Part shown: piece after piece, positions 42,117 to 51,107 of the stretch
Layout: each line of letters starts with the position of its first letter
Numbering within the stretch: position 1 is the stretch's first letter
Sequence record: SRR22947727_1461
Strand: one strand, 5' to 3'
Length of the DNA: 64,000 bases
Position numbers and translations under genes: made by a program
The notes under the pieces: model-generated
Database searches by the model: none
What the model was told of the DNA's origin: nothing
The model's input: only the letters and a program-made list of their open reading frames with translations

Positions 42117-42217
42117 ATTGCAAATCAATTGCAGAAAAAAATGACTTTTTTCAGTCATTTAACAGAGATTGAAAGTCAATCTCAAATAATTCGAAGAAAT
42201 TGAAAATCACTCGCAGA
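42117..42217. promoter_or_regulatory. Three Fur-box-like sites between bfd and bfr
   Basis: ATTGCAAATCAATTGCAGA (42117), ATTGAAAGTCAATCTCAAA (42168), ATTGAAAATCACTCGCAGA (42199); 7-1-7 TG-N11-CA palindromes. Confidence 0.7.
42134..42160 (-). terminator. Weak intrinsic terminator-like hairpin between bfd and bfr
   Basis: Minus strand AAATGACT-GAAAAA-AGTCATTT running into a T tract. Confidence 0.45.
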
Positions 42218-42241
42218 AATGTACATAAATTTTTAAAGTGG

Positions 42242-42433
42242 TTATTCGGCAGCTTCTAGCTTAAGGTTAGTAAGTTGGTACTCTGCAACACGGTTATCAA
42301 TACTAATACGGCACTGCCCACAATTAAACTTCATATTACACGATTTTAAAACATCTGCGGCAGAACGAGCCCCATTTGAGGTAGCTATGTCAACTTTTGC
42401 AGTATTAATATTATTACAAACGCAATGTATCAT
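42242..42433 (-). CDS. bfd: Bacterioferritin-associated ferredoxin
   Basis: CVCN...CGQC [2Fe-2S] motif, directly upstream of bfr. Confidence 0.9.
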   Translation of the reverse strand: MIHCVCNNINTAKVDIATSNGARSAADVLKSCNMKFNCGQCRISIDNRVAEYQLTNLKLEAAE

Positions 42434-42439
42434 TCCAAT

Positions 42440-42491
42440 AGAATATTCTTAATGAGAATGATTGTCAATCTCTTTGCGAATGATTTGCATA
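42440..42491 (-). promoter_or_regulatory. Leaderless sigma70 promoter of bfd overlapped by two Fur-box-like sites
   Basis: TTGACA-N17-TATTCT-N6-ATG; boxes AATGAGAATGATTGTCAAT (42451-42469) and TTTGCGAATGATTTGCATA (42473-42491). Confidence 0.75.
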
Positions 42492-42496
42492 AACAG

Positions 42497-43180
42497 TTAA
42501 GAATCCTCGCCAGAAACTTTACTCAAACGTAAGCTTTCGTTTATTTGGCCTCTAACCAAAGCAGATTCGACGCTTAATGGGCTAAGTTGTAATGCTTTTT
42601 CAATATCCATCTTGGCTTGATTTAATTTTCCTTGCTTTAGTTTTATATTAGCACGATAGCGAAGTGCGTCTGTATTTTCCGGTTCTTTAATTAACGCTGA
42701 ATTTAGGTCTATTAATGCATAATCATACTGTCCCATAGCAAAATGAGATCGCGCTCTAATAATATAAAGGGGCACATAACCATTAACTAGATCCAATCCC
42801 TTAGAGGATGAAGAATAGGCCTTTTCAGGATGAGAGCTGATTAACCAAAAATTGGCAGCCTCCGCATAAAAATTAGCCCGCATAACATTATTTCCGCCAT
42901 CCGAAGCAATTGCCAAGGCATCCAAACGTGCGGCTGCCTCAACTTCATGTCCGAGTGTAAAAAGTGACATAGCAACACAATGTTTTGCTCTTCTACCTCC
43001 ACCCTCATCTTGCCAAATCATAGCCTCTTCAAAAGCTATAGAAGCGTCTTTTGATATTTTCTCCAAACATAGCTTATGTTTTTTATCAAAGTCTGCGGTT
43101 AAGTTTTTGGCTAATGAGTCATAGGCAAAAGCCATTGCAATGATATAGAAACTCAATAGGATTAAATGTATAAACCTCAT
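42497..43180 (-). CDS. Exported tetratricopeptide-repeat protein
   Basis: Signal peptide; TPR-like helices (A..DLN.AL..EP.N.DAL..RA, A..D.EKAL.L.P). Confidence 0.8.
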   Translation of the reverse strand: MRFIHLILLSFYIIAMAFAYDSLAKNLTADFDKKHKLCLEKISKDASIAFEEAMIWQDEGGGRRAKHCVAMSLFTLGHEVEAAARLDALAIASDGGNNVMRANFYAEAANFWLISSHPEKAYSSSSKGLDLVNGYVPLYIIRARSHFAMGQYDYALIDLNSALIKEPENTDALRYRANIKLKQGKLNQAKMDIEKALQLSPLSVESALVRGQINESLRLSKVSGEDS

Positions 43181-43215
43181 AATCTATTACCTACCCAATA
43201 GGATGCACAGCTGCA

Positions 43216-44388
43216 ATGCCCCGAAACTTTAAATATAGCAAAGGAACTGCTTTTTTCCTAGGGGCAGGTTATTGTGCTCAAGAAATATATGCACCTTTAT
43301 TAGATCAAGGGTATAAAATCTATGTTACAACTAGAACCAAAGAGAGACATGAATATCTTAAAGAATACGGAGTAATTCCTCTTATATTTAATGGAACTAT
43401 CAATCCAAAGCTACAAAGTATTATTAAAGGTGCCAGCATAATTCTATCTTCGATAGCCCCTGCAAATGGAGTTGACCCATTCTTAAGTAGGTTATCTAAT
43501 AATCAAAAAAAGATAATGAATAATGCACAGTGGGTAGGGTATCTATCTGCAACAAGCGTTTATGGAAACAAAAATGGCCAATGGGCTTTTGAAGATGAAC
43601 TTCTAAATCCATCTACAATAAAAGGAAAAGAGAGACTTAATGCTGAGCTTCAGTGGTTGGAGATGGGCGCGCCTGTTCATATTTTTCGCTTAGCAGGGAT
43701 ATATGGACCCAATAGGAATAATTTTTGTAAACTAAAGCAAAATAAAGCGCAAAATATAATAAAAGAAGGTCATGTAACAAACAGAATTCATGTTGAAGAC
43801 ATAGCTAGCGCTATTTTAACTTCTATCGCTAATCCCGATCCATTTAAAATTTACAATATTTCAGATGGGAATCCCGCCCCCCCACAAGATATTATGAACT
43901 TTTCTGCCCAACTCTTAGATATAGTCCCACCGCCTCTGATTGAGTACGGACAGGTAGAATTATCATTTAAAAAGGATATTTATTACCAAGAAACAAAAAG
44001 AGTAAGTAATAATAGAATCATCAATGAGCTAAGATGGACTCCCCGACACTCAAATTATCGTTCAGGTCTTATGCATTCCCTTAAGATTGAAAATGACGAA
44101 GTCGATACGATATATTTATCAGGTCACTTCGATGTTGCAAAGCAACATATCCAAGAGACACTATTATTGCTACCCGAACATATTAAGCTATCAAGAGAAG
44201 AAAAGGGGTGTTTAGATTTTAGGGTTACTCAGTCCAAAAAAACTGAAGGGCGTTTTCAAGTGTTTGAAAAGTTTAATTCCAAAAGAGCATATTTATATCA
44301 TCAAAAACGAATTAAAAATAGCAAATGGAAAAATATTATGAAAAAACTTAAAAGAGATTATGAAATTATAGGATTAGATACTATATAA
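43216..44388 (+). CDS. Atypical SDR/NAD-dependent epimerase (YeeZ-like) fused to a C-terminal ABM (putative quinol monooxygenase) domain
   Basis: LGAGY, YLSATSVYG, FRLAGIYGP, RIHVEDIA; last ~95 aa HI.LSREE.GCL.F.V...F.V.E.F....AY..HQ.R. Confidence 0.8.
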   Translation: MPRNFKYSKGTAFFLGAGYCAQEIYAPLLDQGYKIYVTTRTKERHEYLKEYGVIPLIFNGTINPKLQSIIKGASIILSSIAPANGVDPFLSRLSNNQKKIMNNAQWVGYLSATSVYGNKNGQWAFEDELLNPSTIKGKERLNAELQWLEMGAPVHIFRLAGIYGPNRNNFCKLKQNKAQNIIKEGHVTNRIHVEDIASAILTSIANPDPFKIYNISDGNPAPPQDIMNFSAQLLDIVPPPLIEYGQVELSFKKDIYYQETKRVSNNRIINELRWTPRHSNYRSGLMHSLKIENDEVDTIYLSGHFDVAKQHIQETLLLLPEHIKLSREEKGCLDFRVTQSKKTEGRFQVFEKFNSKRAYLYHQKRIKNSKWKNIMKKLKRDYEIIGLDTI

Positions 44389-44431
44389 ATAATGTAATAA
44401 TCTTAAACTTATTAAATTTTGTGAGAATAGT

Positions 44432-46378
44432 ATGGCGGCAACTGCAGATGTAGCTCATCACATCGTTAATGTGCTCCCTTTTAAAATTGCACTTATTGGT
44501 GTTCTGGGAATCGGAGCTCAATGGTTAGCGTGGAGGCTACAAAGACCTGCAATTGTACTCATGGCTATAGCTGGGCTTTTATTTGGACCATTAATAGGTT
44601 GGCTACTTAGTTTTAATATACCCTACTCTATTACCACAGGATTAGAACTATTTCATCTTGACCCAATAAAAGATTTTGGTGACCTTTACCGACCGATGAT
44701 AGGATTGGCGGTTGCTATAATACTATTTGAAGGTGGTATGACCTTGCGTTTTAAAGATCTAGGAGACGCTTCACATGCCGTAATAAGAATGGTTATAGTT
44801 GCAGGCCCAATCGCCTGGCTTTTAGGTACTTTTGCAGCACATTATATAGTTGGATTGCCATGGGATATATCCGCAATGGTAGGAGGATTATTTGTAGTTA
44901 CAGGTCCAACTGTTATAATGCCGCTTTTAAGGCAAGCTCACTTAAAATCCAGACCCGCTAACGTTCTCAAATGGGAAGGCATAGTAAACGATCCTTTGGG
45001 CGCGCTATTTGCTGTAGGCGGATATGAATTTATAAGGTTCACACAGTCGGAAGCTTCTATTTATTTAGCTTTTGGAAAATTAGCATTTGCTGCAATTTTG
45101 GGTACCATTCTAGGAATTATTTCTGGCTATGGTTTGGCTTCGGCCTTTAGAAGAGGTCATATTCCAGAATATTTAAAAGCTCCTGTAGTTTTAGCATGGG
45201 TGCTAGCAATTTACGTACTTGCCAACAATATGGCAGATGAAACAGGGCTCTTGGCCGTTACAGCCCTCGGAATGACAATGGCAAATACAAAATTTGCTGC
45301 AATGGTTGAAATGCGAAGATTTAAAGAAAATATAGCTATTATTTTAGTTTCAGGAGTTTTTGTAATACTCACAGCCACCTTAACACCAGATATCTTAAAA
45401 GCTTTTTTAACTGATTGGCGTGTATTAGCTTTTGTTCTAACTATGATGTTAGTCGTTAGACCCGTTGCAGTTATGCTCTCAACATCATTATCCGGACTAC
45501 ATTGGAAAGAAAGTTTATTAATATCCATAATAGCGCCTAGAGGTGTAGTAGCCGTTGCTGTAGCAGGGCTTTTTGCTGCGGAGTTAATCGCATTAGGAAG
45601 GCCGGAAGGCGCATTATTTGTACCACTAGCCTTTGCTTTAGTTTTTGCCACTGTGCTTTTCGCCGGCTTTTCAATAGGTCCTATATCCAAGTACTTAGAC
45701 CTTGCGGCAGGCGGAGGAGACGGTGTTATGATAGTTGGCGCAAATCCATGGTCTTTAGGATTAGCAAAAGCCCTAAAAGAGATGGATATAAAGGTTCTTG
45801 TTGCAGATACTAATTGGCAAAGATTACGAGGTGCAAAGCTACAGGGGCACGCTACATTCCACGGTGAGGTTTTATCAGAAAATGCTGACTTCAGGCTTGA
45901 CCACACTGCTTTTAATTATTTAATATCCGCTACCCCAAATGATGCTTACAATGCATTAGTCTGTGTAGAGTTCGCACCAGAACTTGGCAGGCATAGGGTT
46001 TTCCAAGTTACATCAGATGATAATAATGAAGACGACGCAGATACCATCGCATTCACATCAAGAGGAAGAACTCTAACGTCCCGCAAGAGAAGCTTTGATG
46101 CATTAACAAAAGACTGGTGGGAAGGATGGAGGTTTCGATCCACGAATCTCTCTGCAGAGTACACACTTGATGACTTATATAAGGACAGGGGTGATGACCT
46201 GGATCTGATTTTAGCTAAAAAACCAGAAGGAGGCCTTGAATTTATTCAACCCGGAAAAGAAGCTAGAGCTGAAGGCACTATGGTACTTAGCTTCTGTCCT
46301 GTTAAAGATAAAGATGGTCGCGGGTCAGGAGCAAAAGAACTAGGTTTAGTAGGGCCTGCAGCAGCTCTGCCTGACTAA
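44432..46378 (+). CDS. CPA1 (NhaP-type) cation:proton antiporter with C-terminal Rossmann (TrkA-N-like) domain
   Basis: ILFEGG, TGPTV, WEGIVND, APRG.VA, IVGAN. Confidence 0.9.
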   Translation: MAATADVAHHIVNVLPFKIALIGVLGIGAQWLAWRLQRPAIVLMAIAGLLFGPLIGWLLSFNIPYSITTGLELFHLDPIKDFGDLYRPMIGLAVAIILFEGGMTLRFKDLGDASHAVIRMVIVAGPIAWLLGTFAAHYIVGLPWDISAMVGGLFVVTGPTVIMPLLRQAHLKSRPANVLKWEGIVNDPLGALFAVGGYEFIRFTQSEASIYLAFGKLAFAAILGTILGIISGYGLASAFRRGHIPEYLKAPVVLAWVLAIYVLANNMADETGLLAVTALGMTMANTKFAAMVEMRRFKENIAIILVSGVFVILTATLTPDILKAFLTDWRVLAFVLTMMLVVRPVAVMLSTSLSGLHWKESLLISIIAPRGVVAVAVAGLFAAELIALGRPEGALFVPLAFALVFATVLFAGFSIGPISKYLDLAAGGGDGVMIVGANPWSLGLAKALKEMDIKVLVADTNWQRLRGAKLQGHATFHGEVLSENADFRLDHTAFNYLISATPNDAYNALVCVEFAPELGRHRVFQVTSDDNNEDDADTIAFTSRGRTLTSRKRSFDALTKDWWEGWRFRSTNLSAEYTLDDLYKDRGDDLDLILAKKPEGGLEFIQPGKEARAEGTMVLSFCPVKDKDGRGSGAKELGLVGPAAALPD

Positions 46379-46402
46379 CAATCTGCACCCAAGCTATTAA
46401 AA

Positions 46403-47125
46403 TCAAAATTTGGCCCCTACGGCATATAGCAAAGGTCCATTTAGCTTAAGCCACTGACGTGGTTTATTAATTTCGCCATAAATTTCAGAACAAACATTCC
46501 AAAACGATTTACTATGGTTTGCTTCGATCAAATGGGCACATTCATGAGCAGCTACATAATTTAAAACATATTTAGGAGCACAAATTAATCGCCAGCTATA
46601 ATTTATATTACCCAAACCATTTCTTGTAATACAGCTCCCCCACCTTGTTGCGGTATCTCGAATGCTTATCTTATTAATTTTTCTATGAAGCTTGCTTGCA
46701 TAATATATTGATGCATTATCTAAATCTGACCTAGCTTCACTTATTAATATCCTTCTTATACGACCAGAAAAAGTCGAAATATCAGGTGAATATACATTTA
46801 TTATTTGCCGTTCGTGATCTATTTTAAATCCTTTTGGTGAAGAAATACGGTTTAAAAGGTATAATTTACCATGAAACATTATAAAACCTCCTACTTCAAA
46901 GGGCTGGGCTGGAGGAAGTAATTCTAATTGTTGCGTAATCCACAGCTTATTCTTTTCTACAAAATTTTTAGCCGTTGGTAATGCTTTCAGACCTGGAACA
47001 GTTACCTTAATATTTCTTTCTTTTGGGTTAACCTTTAAAGTTACCCGTTTGGCACGCATAGAATTACTGTAAACAACATTTAGTTTAGCATCAGTGTAAA
47101 TATAAGTGCCACTATCTAACGCCAA
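46403..47125 (-). CDS. YgjP/DUF45 (M48-like) zinc metalloprotein
   Basis: RWGSC, YSWRL..AP, YVAAHECAHL.E.NHS..FW. Confidence 0.88.
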   Translation of the reverse strand: MALDSGTYIYTDAKLNVVYSNSMRAKRVTLKVNPKERNIKVTVPGLKALPTAKNFVEKNKLWITQQLELLPPAQPFEVGGFIMFHGKLYLLNRISSPKGFKIDHERQIINVYSPDISTFSGRIRRILISEARSDLDNASIYYASKLHRKINKISIRDTATRWGSCITRNGLGNINYSWRLICAPKYVLNYVAAHECAHLIEANHSKSFWNVCSEIYGEINKPRQWLKLNGPLLYAVGAKF

Positions 47126-47226
47126 TTTCAGATCCCACTTAAATTAAAAAGTTTTAATATTGTTGTTACTATACAAAATGTATTTATTTCAGCATATTCT
47201 AGATGTATTTCTCAAGAAAGGCCAAT

Positions 47227-48783
47227 ATGAATATTGCACCAAAAATTTTCGTTATTAATGTCGCTATATTATTATTTTTATTAGGTGGCTGCACCGCGCA
47301 AGATAAAAGCAATAACCCTTCTGCTAAAAAATCTACCATAATTTATAATGATATTAGTAACTTTGAAAGTTTTGAAAAGTATTTCGTTCTAAAAGAGAGA
47401 GAAATATCAGAAACTGAAATTAACAATGTTATAAAAGCAATATCAGCTGTTAACCCGAACTTATTATCCACTTCTTCGTCGGTCCCAGAAAATTCAAATG
47501 GTAATTTTGTTTTTAATAATCCCACTTTAAATAAGTCCCTTACTATAAAACAAATTAAACTGCAGGGCGCTCACATGCAAAAAGGAATTTTATCTTTTGA
47601 CCGCATAGACTTATCAGACATTAAATTTGAAAGCAGATCAAATGAAGCTATATCAGTTGAAAACATAACCATTATTTCACCAAAGTTAGAAACAGCAAAG
47701 TTAATTTTACTATCCCTTCAGGATAGTCAAAAAACAAAAGAAAACGATTTTAAGTTAAATGATCTTTTAAAACAAAGCAGCCAGGCATTAGCAATTAAAG
47801 ATTTCTCTATTTCGAACGAGCACCAAACTTATAAAATTGGTAGTATTATTTGGGGAAGAGATCAAAAAAAAGAAACCTCAGACTTTCAAGTTATGAATAT
47901 TGAGTTTTTCGGTAAAGATAACATAGGAAATGGTATAGAAGCTTCTCTAAGCTCTTTCTCAATAATGGGAATATCAGGAAAACCACTCCAAAATTTTTTA
48001 ATTTCACCCAAATTAGAAAACATCTATAATAGTTTTTTAGAAGCAACATTCAAACTTTATAATTCAATAGAAATTAAAGACCTTAACTTTAAAAGTGAAT
48101 ACGCTAATTTAAAGATTGAGGCCTTCACTAACAAGCTAACCAAGCTAACCAAGCTAAGTGGTGTAACAAAAAATCGTTATTCAAGTAGTCCCATAACAAT
48201 AGAATTAAAAAACTCACCCCCTTCTGAAGAAGTTACGCGAGTATTTGAAATAATGGAGAAAATTGGCTACAAAAAAATTACTTTTCAACATAGTCAAGAG
48301 TCTGAATTAGATATTAATAACAATACTTTAAAAATAAATAACGGATTAATTTCTGTAAATAGTGGTTTTGATTTATCTTACAATTATGACATATCAAACC
48401 TTAATAAACCAATAGACATCAAAAACTATAAAGCCAACATAAATCAGTTAAGGTTAGATGAATTTCAATTAAGGTTTGATGACAAATCAATACTAGAGCG
48501 AGTGATAAAATTTTATGCCACAGAAGTTCGCAAAACAACACAGGATCAAGTGAAAAGCGAATTAGCAACAGTGCTTACCTTGGCACCTTTAATGACTAAA
48601 GGTCTTTTTAGTGAACTTTCTGGAGAACTATCTAGTGAATTAATTAAACTTATAAATGATGGCGGGTCACTTTCTATTATAATCAAACCTGAAAAACCGA
48701 TAAGCATATCTACTATCATTAAATCTGAAAACTCAGGGCTTTCAAAGAAAGAAATAGGGTTTTCAGCTAAAGCAGAAAAGTAA
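47227..48783 (+). CDS. Hypothetical lipoprotein
   Basis: Long ORF, lipobox LGGC after a hydrophobic stretch, beta-rich pattern; start may be 47203. Confidence 0.65.
   Translation: MNIAPKIFVINVAILLFLLGGCTAQDKSNNPSAKKSTIIYNDISNFESFEKYFVLKEREISETEINNVIKAISAVNPNLLSTSSSVPENSNGNFVFNNPTLNKSLTIKQIKLQGAHMQKGILSFDRIDLSDIKFESRSNEAISVENITIISPKLETAKLILLSLQDSQKTKENDFKLNDLLKQSSQALAIKDFSISNEHQTYKIGSIIWGRDQKKETSDFQVMNIEFFGKDNIGNGIEASLSSFSIMGISGKPLQNFLISPKLENIYNSFLEATFKLYNSIEIKDLNFKSEYANLKIEAFTNKLTKLTKLSGVTKNRYSSSPITIELKNSPPSEEVTRVFEIMEKIGYKKITFQHSQESELDINNNTLKINNGLISVNSGFDLSYNYDISNLNKPIDIKNYKANINQLRLDEFQLRFDDKSILERVIKFYATEVRKTTQDQVKSELATVLTLAPLMTKGLFSELSGELSSELIKLINDGGSLSIIIKPEKPISISTIIKSENSGLSKKEIGFSAKAEK
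48132..48157 (+). repeat. In-frame 9-bp tandem repeat (about 3 copies)
   Basis: CAAGCTAAC CAAGCTAAC CAAGCTAA encoding KLT-KLT-KL. Confidence 0.85.
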
Positions 48784-48829
48784 AAAAAGTTACGCTTATA
48801 AATTAAATTCCAATAGAATTAATAAAATT

Positions 48830-50056
48830 TTATTCAGTTAATATTTGTGGTTTCCTATGGTAAATTTTTAATCCATTTGCAGTAGACATTGAGTCTGATT
48901 GAGTATTCAGCATTGTTCGCAAACGATCTAAAATTAAGGTATCTATAGTGATAATAATTCCAGTCACATAAGTTGCATATTCTGCAGAGACCCCTTGGGA
49001 AACTAAAATATCTTGCAATAACACTACAGATGCGGATGGCGTGCCTGCAGCCGCTGTAGCAAAAATCATAGATTGAAAACCGACGATTGTCATATCACCT
49101 AAGCCAATTTTAATTCCAAAAGCTTTCATAGTGTATAATGAAAGTAACAAAAGGCCGATCAATGTCCCAACCATATTAATCGTTGCTCCAATTGTATAAA
49201 AGGGTGTCGCTTCATCGGCATTAACACCTAGTTGCTCACATGCTTCACGCGTGGCTGGCAACGTAGCCATTGAGCTAGAAGTAGATACCGCGACTAATGC
49301 CTGAGGTAATACTGCACGCATCACAAAATTTATACCGCGGCCTTGAATTATTGCTGTGATTATAACCATAATAACCCAGACAATCATCATAGAAAAAATA
49401 TATGGAATAGTCAGATTTAAGAGTTTTACTAAATTTTCAAAACCACCGGGCTTATTCAATGCTAAAGTAATAGACCCAAAAACTGCCAGCGGGATTGTAT
49501 ATTGAAGAAATTTTCTAAACCCCTTTATAAAAAGATCAGAAATTTTATCAGCATGCTCACCAAGTCCCGCAGTCTTCAACGCACCTCCTAGCACCAATCC
49601 AGCATAAATAGAGATCATTAGAGCTGAAGTTAACACACCATAAATTTTTAACAAAAAAGGCATTTCTTTAATTGAACCAGATCCATTGCCTTCACTTGGT
49701 AAGGCTAGCCCTATATCAAGCCCTGAAAATAAAATAAAAGCACCAATTCCAACCGCCATACCAATTAATGAAAAGCAAAGAAAAAAACTAAAAACCCTAA
49801 TAAATTTTGCACCTAAACCTCCTGTGGATATAGCTAAGGAAGAACCAATTGATAGAATAATAAGGGCATACATTAATGGCTTTAAAGGAACAAATAATGC
49901 ATCTTTAGCTAGTCCAGCAATTGATTTAGAGACAAAAACATCTCCCATCATTATAGGTGATGAAAGTGCGGAAAAACCCATAACCCAGCACACCATTGCA
50001 GCAGTAGCTGAAAGAAAAACCAATAAAAGAAGCGGAATGTTGTGAATTTTGTCCAT
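48830..50056 (-). CDS. Dicarboxylate/amino acid:cation symporter (DAACS/SLC1 family), divergent
   Basis: STSSSMATLP serine motif, GATINMVGT, DRLRTMLN...D. Confidence 0.85.
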   Translation of the reverse strand: MDKIHNIPLLLLVFLSATAAMVCWVMGFSALSSPIMMGDVFVSKSIAGLAKDALFVPLKPLMYALIILSIGSSLAISTGGLGAKFIRVFSFFLCFSLIGMAVGIGAFILFSGLDIGLALPSEGNGSGSIKEMPFLLKIYGVLTSALMISIYAGLVLGGALKTAGLGEHADKISDLFIKGFRKFLQYTIPLAVFGSITLALNKPGGFENLVKLLNLTIPYIFSMMIVWVIMVIITAIIQGRGINFVMRAVLPQALVAVSTSSSMATLPATREACEQLGVNADEATPFYTIGATINMVGTLIGLLLLSLYTMKAFGIKIGLGDMTIVGFQSMIFATAAAGTPSASVVLLQDILVSQGVSAEYATYVTGIIITIDTLILDRLRTMLNTQSDSMSTANGLKIYHRKPQILTE

Positions 50057-50170
50057 AATATTATCCTAATCTAAAATAGCAGTACTATCTTTCACATAAC
50101 AGCAAATTAGGCCAATGAAAAATTTAAGCAACGCTTATCTATCTATAATACTAAAAGTAGATAAAGATTG

Positions 50171-50200
50171 TTTACAGCTCTGGGTAAGCACATATATACT
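50171..50200 (+). promoter_or_regulatory. Putative leaderless promoter of dapF
   Basis: TTTACA-N18-TATACT-N6-ATG, no SD sequence. Confidence 0.55.
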
Positions 50201-50206
50201 CGCTTA

Positions 50207-51058
50207 ATGGATTTTTATATCATGAACGGCGCAGGAAATAGATTTGCTATCTTTGATGCAAGAGGCACTTTAGGCTTTCAAGTCTCAAAAGAAATAGTAA
50301 TCAACTTTTGTGCTCAGAAATCCACTCAAATGGGAGAAAAAGGAGCGGATCAACTTATAATTATCCGCGAACCTAGGTCAAAAAAATCCAAAGTATTCAT
50401 GGAAATCTGGAATCAAAAGGGATTTGAAGTAAATGCGTGTGGGAATGCTACTCGATGTGTAGCTTGGATTTACATGCAAGAAGCCAAATGTACATCTATG
50501 GTACTTGAAACCAAAGCAGGACTATTATCCTGCAAATTAGTTGGTGACAGTAAGATTACAGTTGATATGGGCAAACCCAAGCTAGAATGGAAACAAATTC
50601 CACTAGCAAAAAAAATAGATACAAAATTACTTAATATTAAATTTGATTTAAATAATTATAAAACTATTGGCTACCCAGCAGCAGTTAATATAGGTAATCC
50701 CCATTGTGTATTTTTTATCAAAGACTTCAAAGATATTGATTATAAAAAAATAGGTGCAAGAATTGAATTCCATCCAATATTTCCAGAACAAGCAAATATT
50801 GGGTTTGTTAAAATAATTAGTAAAAATATGATACAACTCAAAGTTTGGGAACGAGGCGTGGGAATGACATTGGCTTGTGGAACGGGAGCATGTGCAGCTG
50901 TTGTAGCGGCAGTTCGGCAACAAAAAATTAACAATAAAGTTAAAGTTCAGGTTGATGGCGGTGAATTATTCATAGAATGGAATAAAAATACACAGCACGT
51001 ACTAATGACTGGACCCGTAGAACTGGAACATAAAAAAGTATTTAAAAATTATTTTTAA
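50207..51058 (+). CDS. dapF: Diaminopimelate epimerase
   Basis: M.GAGN.F, CGNATRC, GNPH, ERG.G.TLACGTG; ATG start 50207. Confidence 0.96.
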   Translation: MDFYIMNGAGNRFAIFDARGTLGFQVSKEIVINFCAQKSTQMGEKGADQLIIIREPRSKKSKVFMEIWNQKGFEVNACGNATRCVAWIYMQEAKCTSMVLETKAGLLSCKLVGDSKITVDMGKPKLEWKQIPLAKKIDTKLLNIKFDLNNYKTIGYPAAVNIGNPHCVFFIKDFKDIDYKKIGARIEFHPIFPEQANIGFVKIISKNMIQLKVWERGVGMTLACGTGACAAVVAAVRQQKINNKVKVQVDGGELFIEWNKNTQHVLMTGPVELEHKKVFKNYF

Positions 51059-51071
51059 ATCTTCTACTGGA

Positions 51072-51102
51072 CTTGACCCCTCTAACATTAAAGACCAAAT
51101 AG
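51072..51102 (+). promoter_or_regulatory. Putative internal promoter (RpoH- or RpoD-like) upstream of mtaB-ftsY
   Basis: CTTGAC-N17-CCAAATAG, ending a few nt before the mtaB ATG. Confidence 0.45.
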
Positions 51103-51107
51103 CGGAA

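Noticed and set aside
45211-45906. 231-aa antisense ORF inside the antiporter gene (and similar ones at 25705-26208, 53855-54331, 22417-22848)
   Set aside because: Entirely antisense to well-supported membrane-protein genes, with no recognisable motifs; typical shadow ORFs from codon bias.
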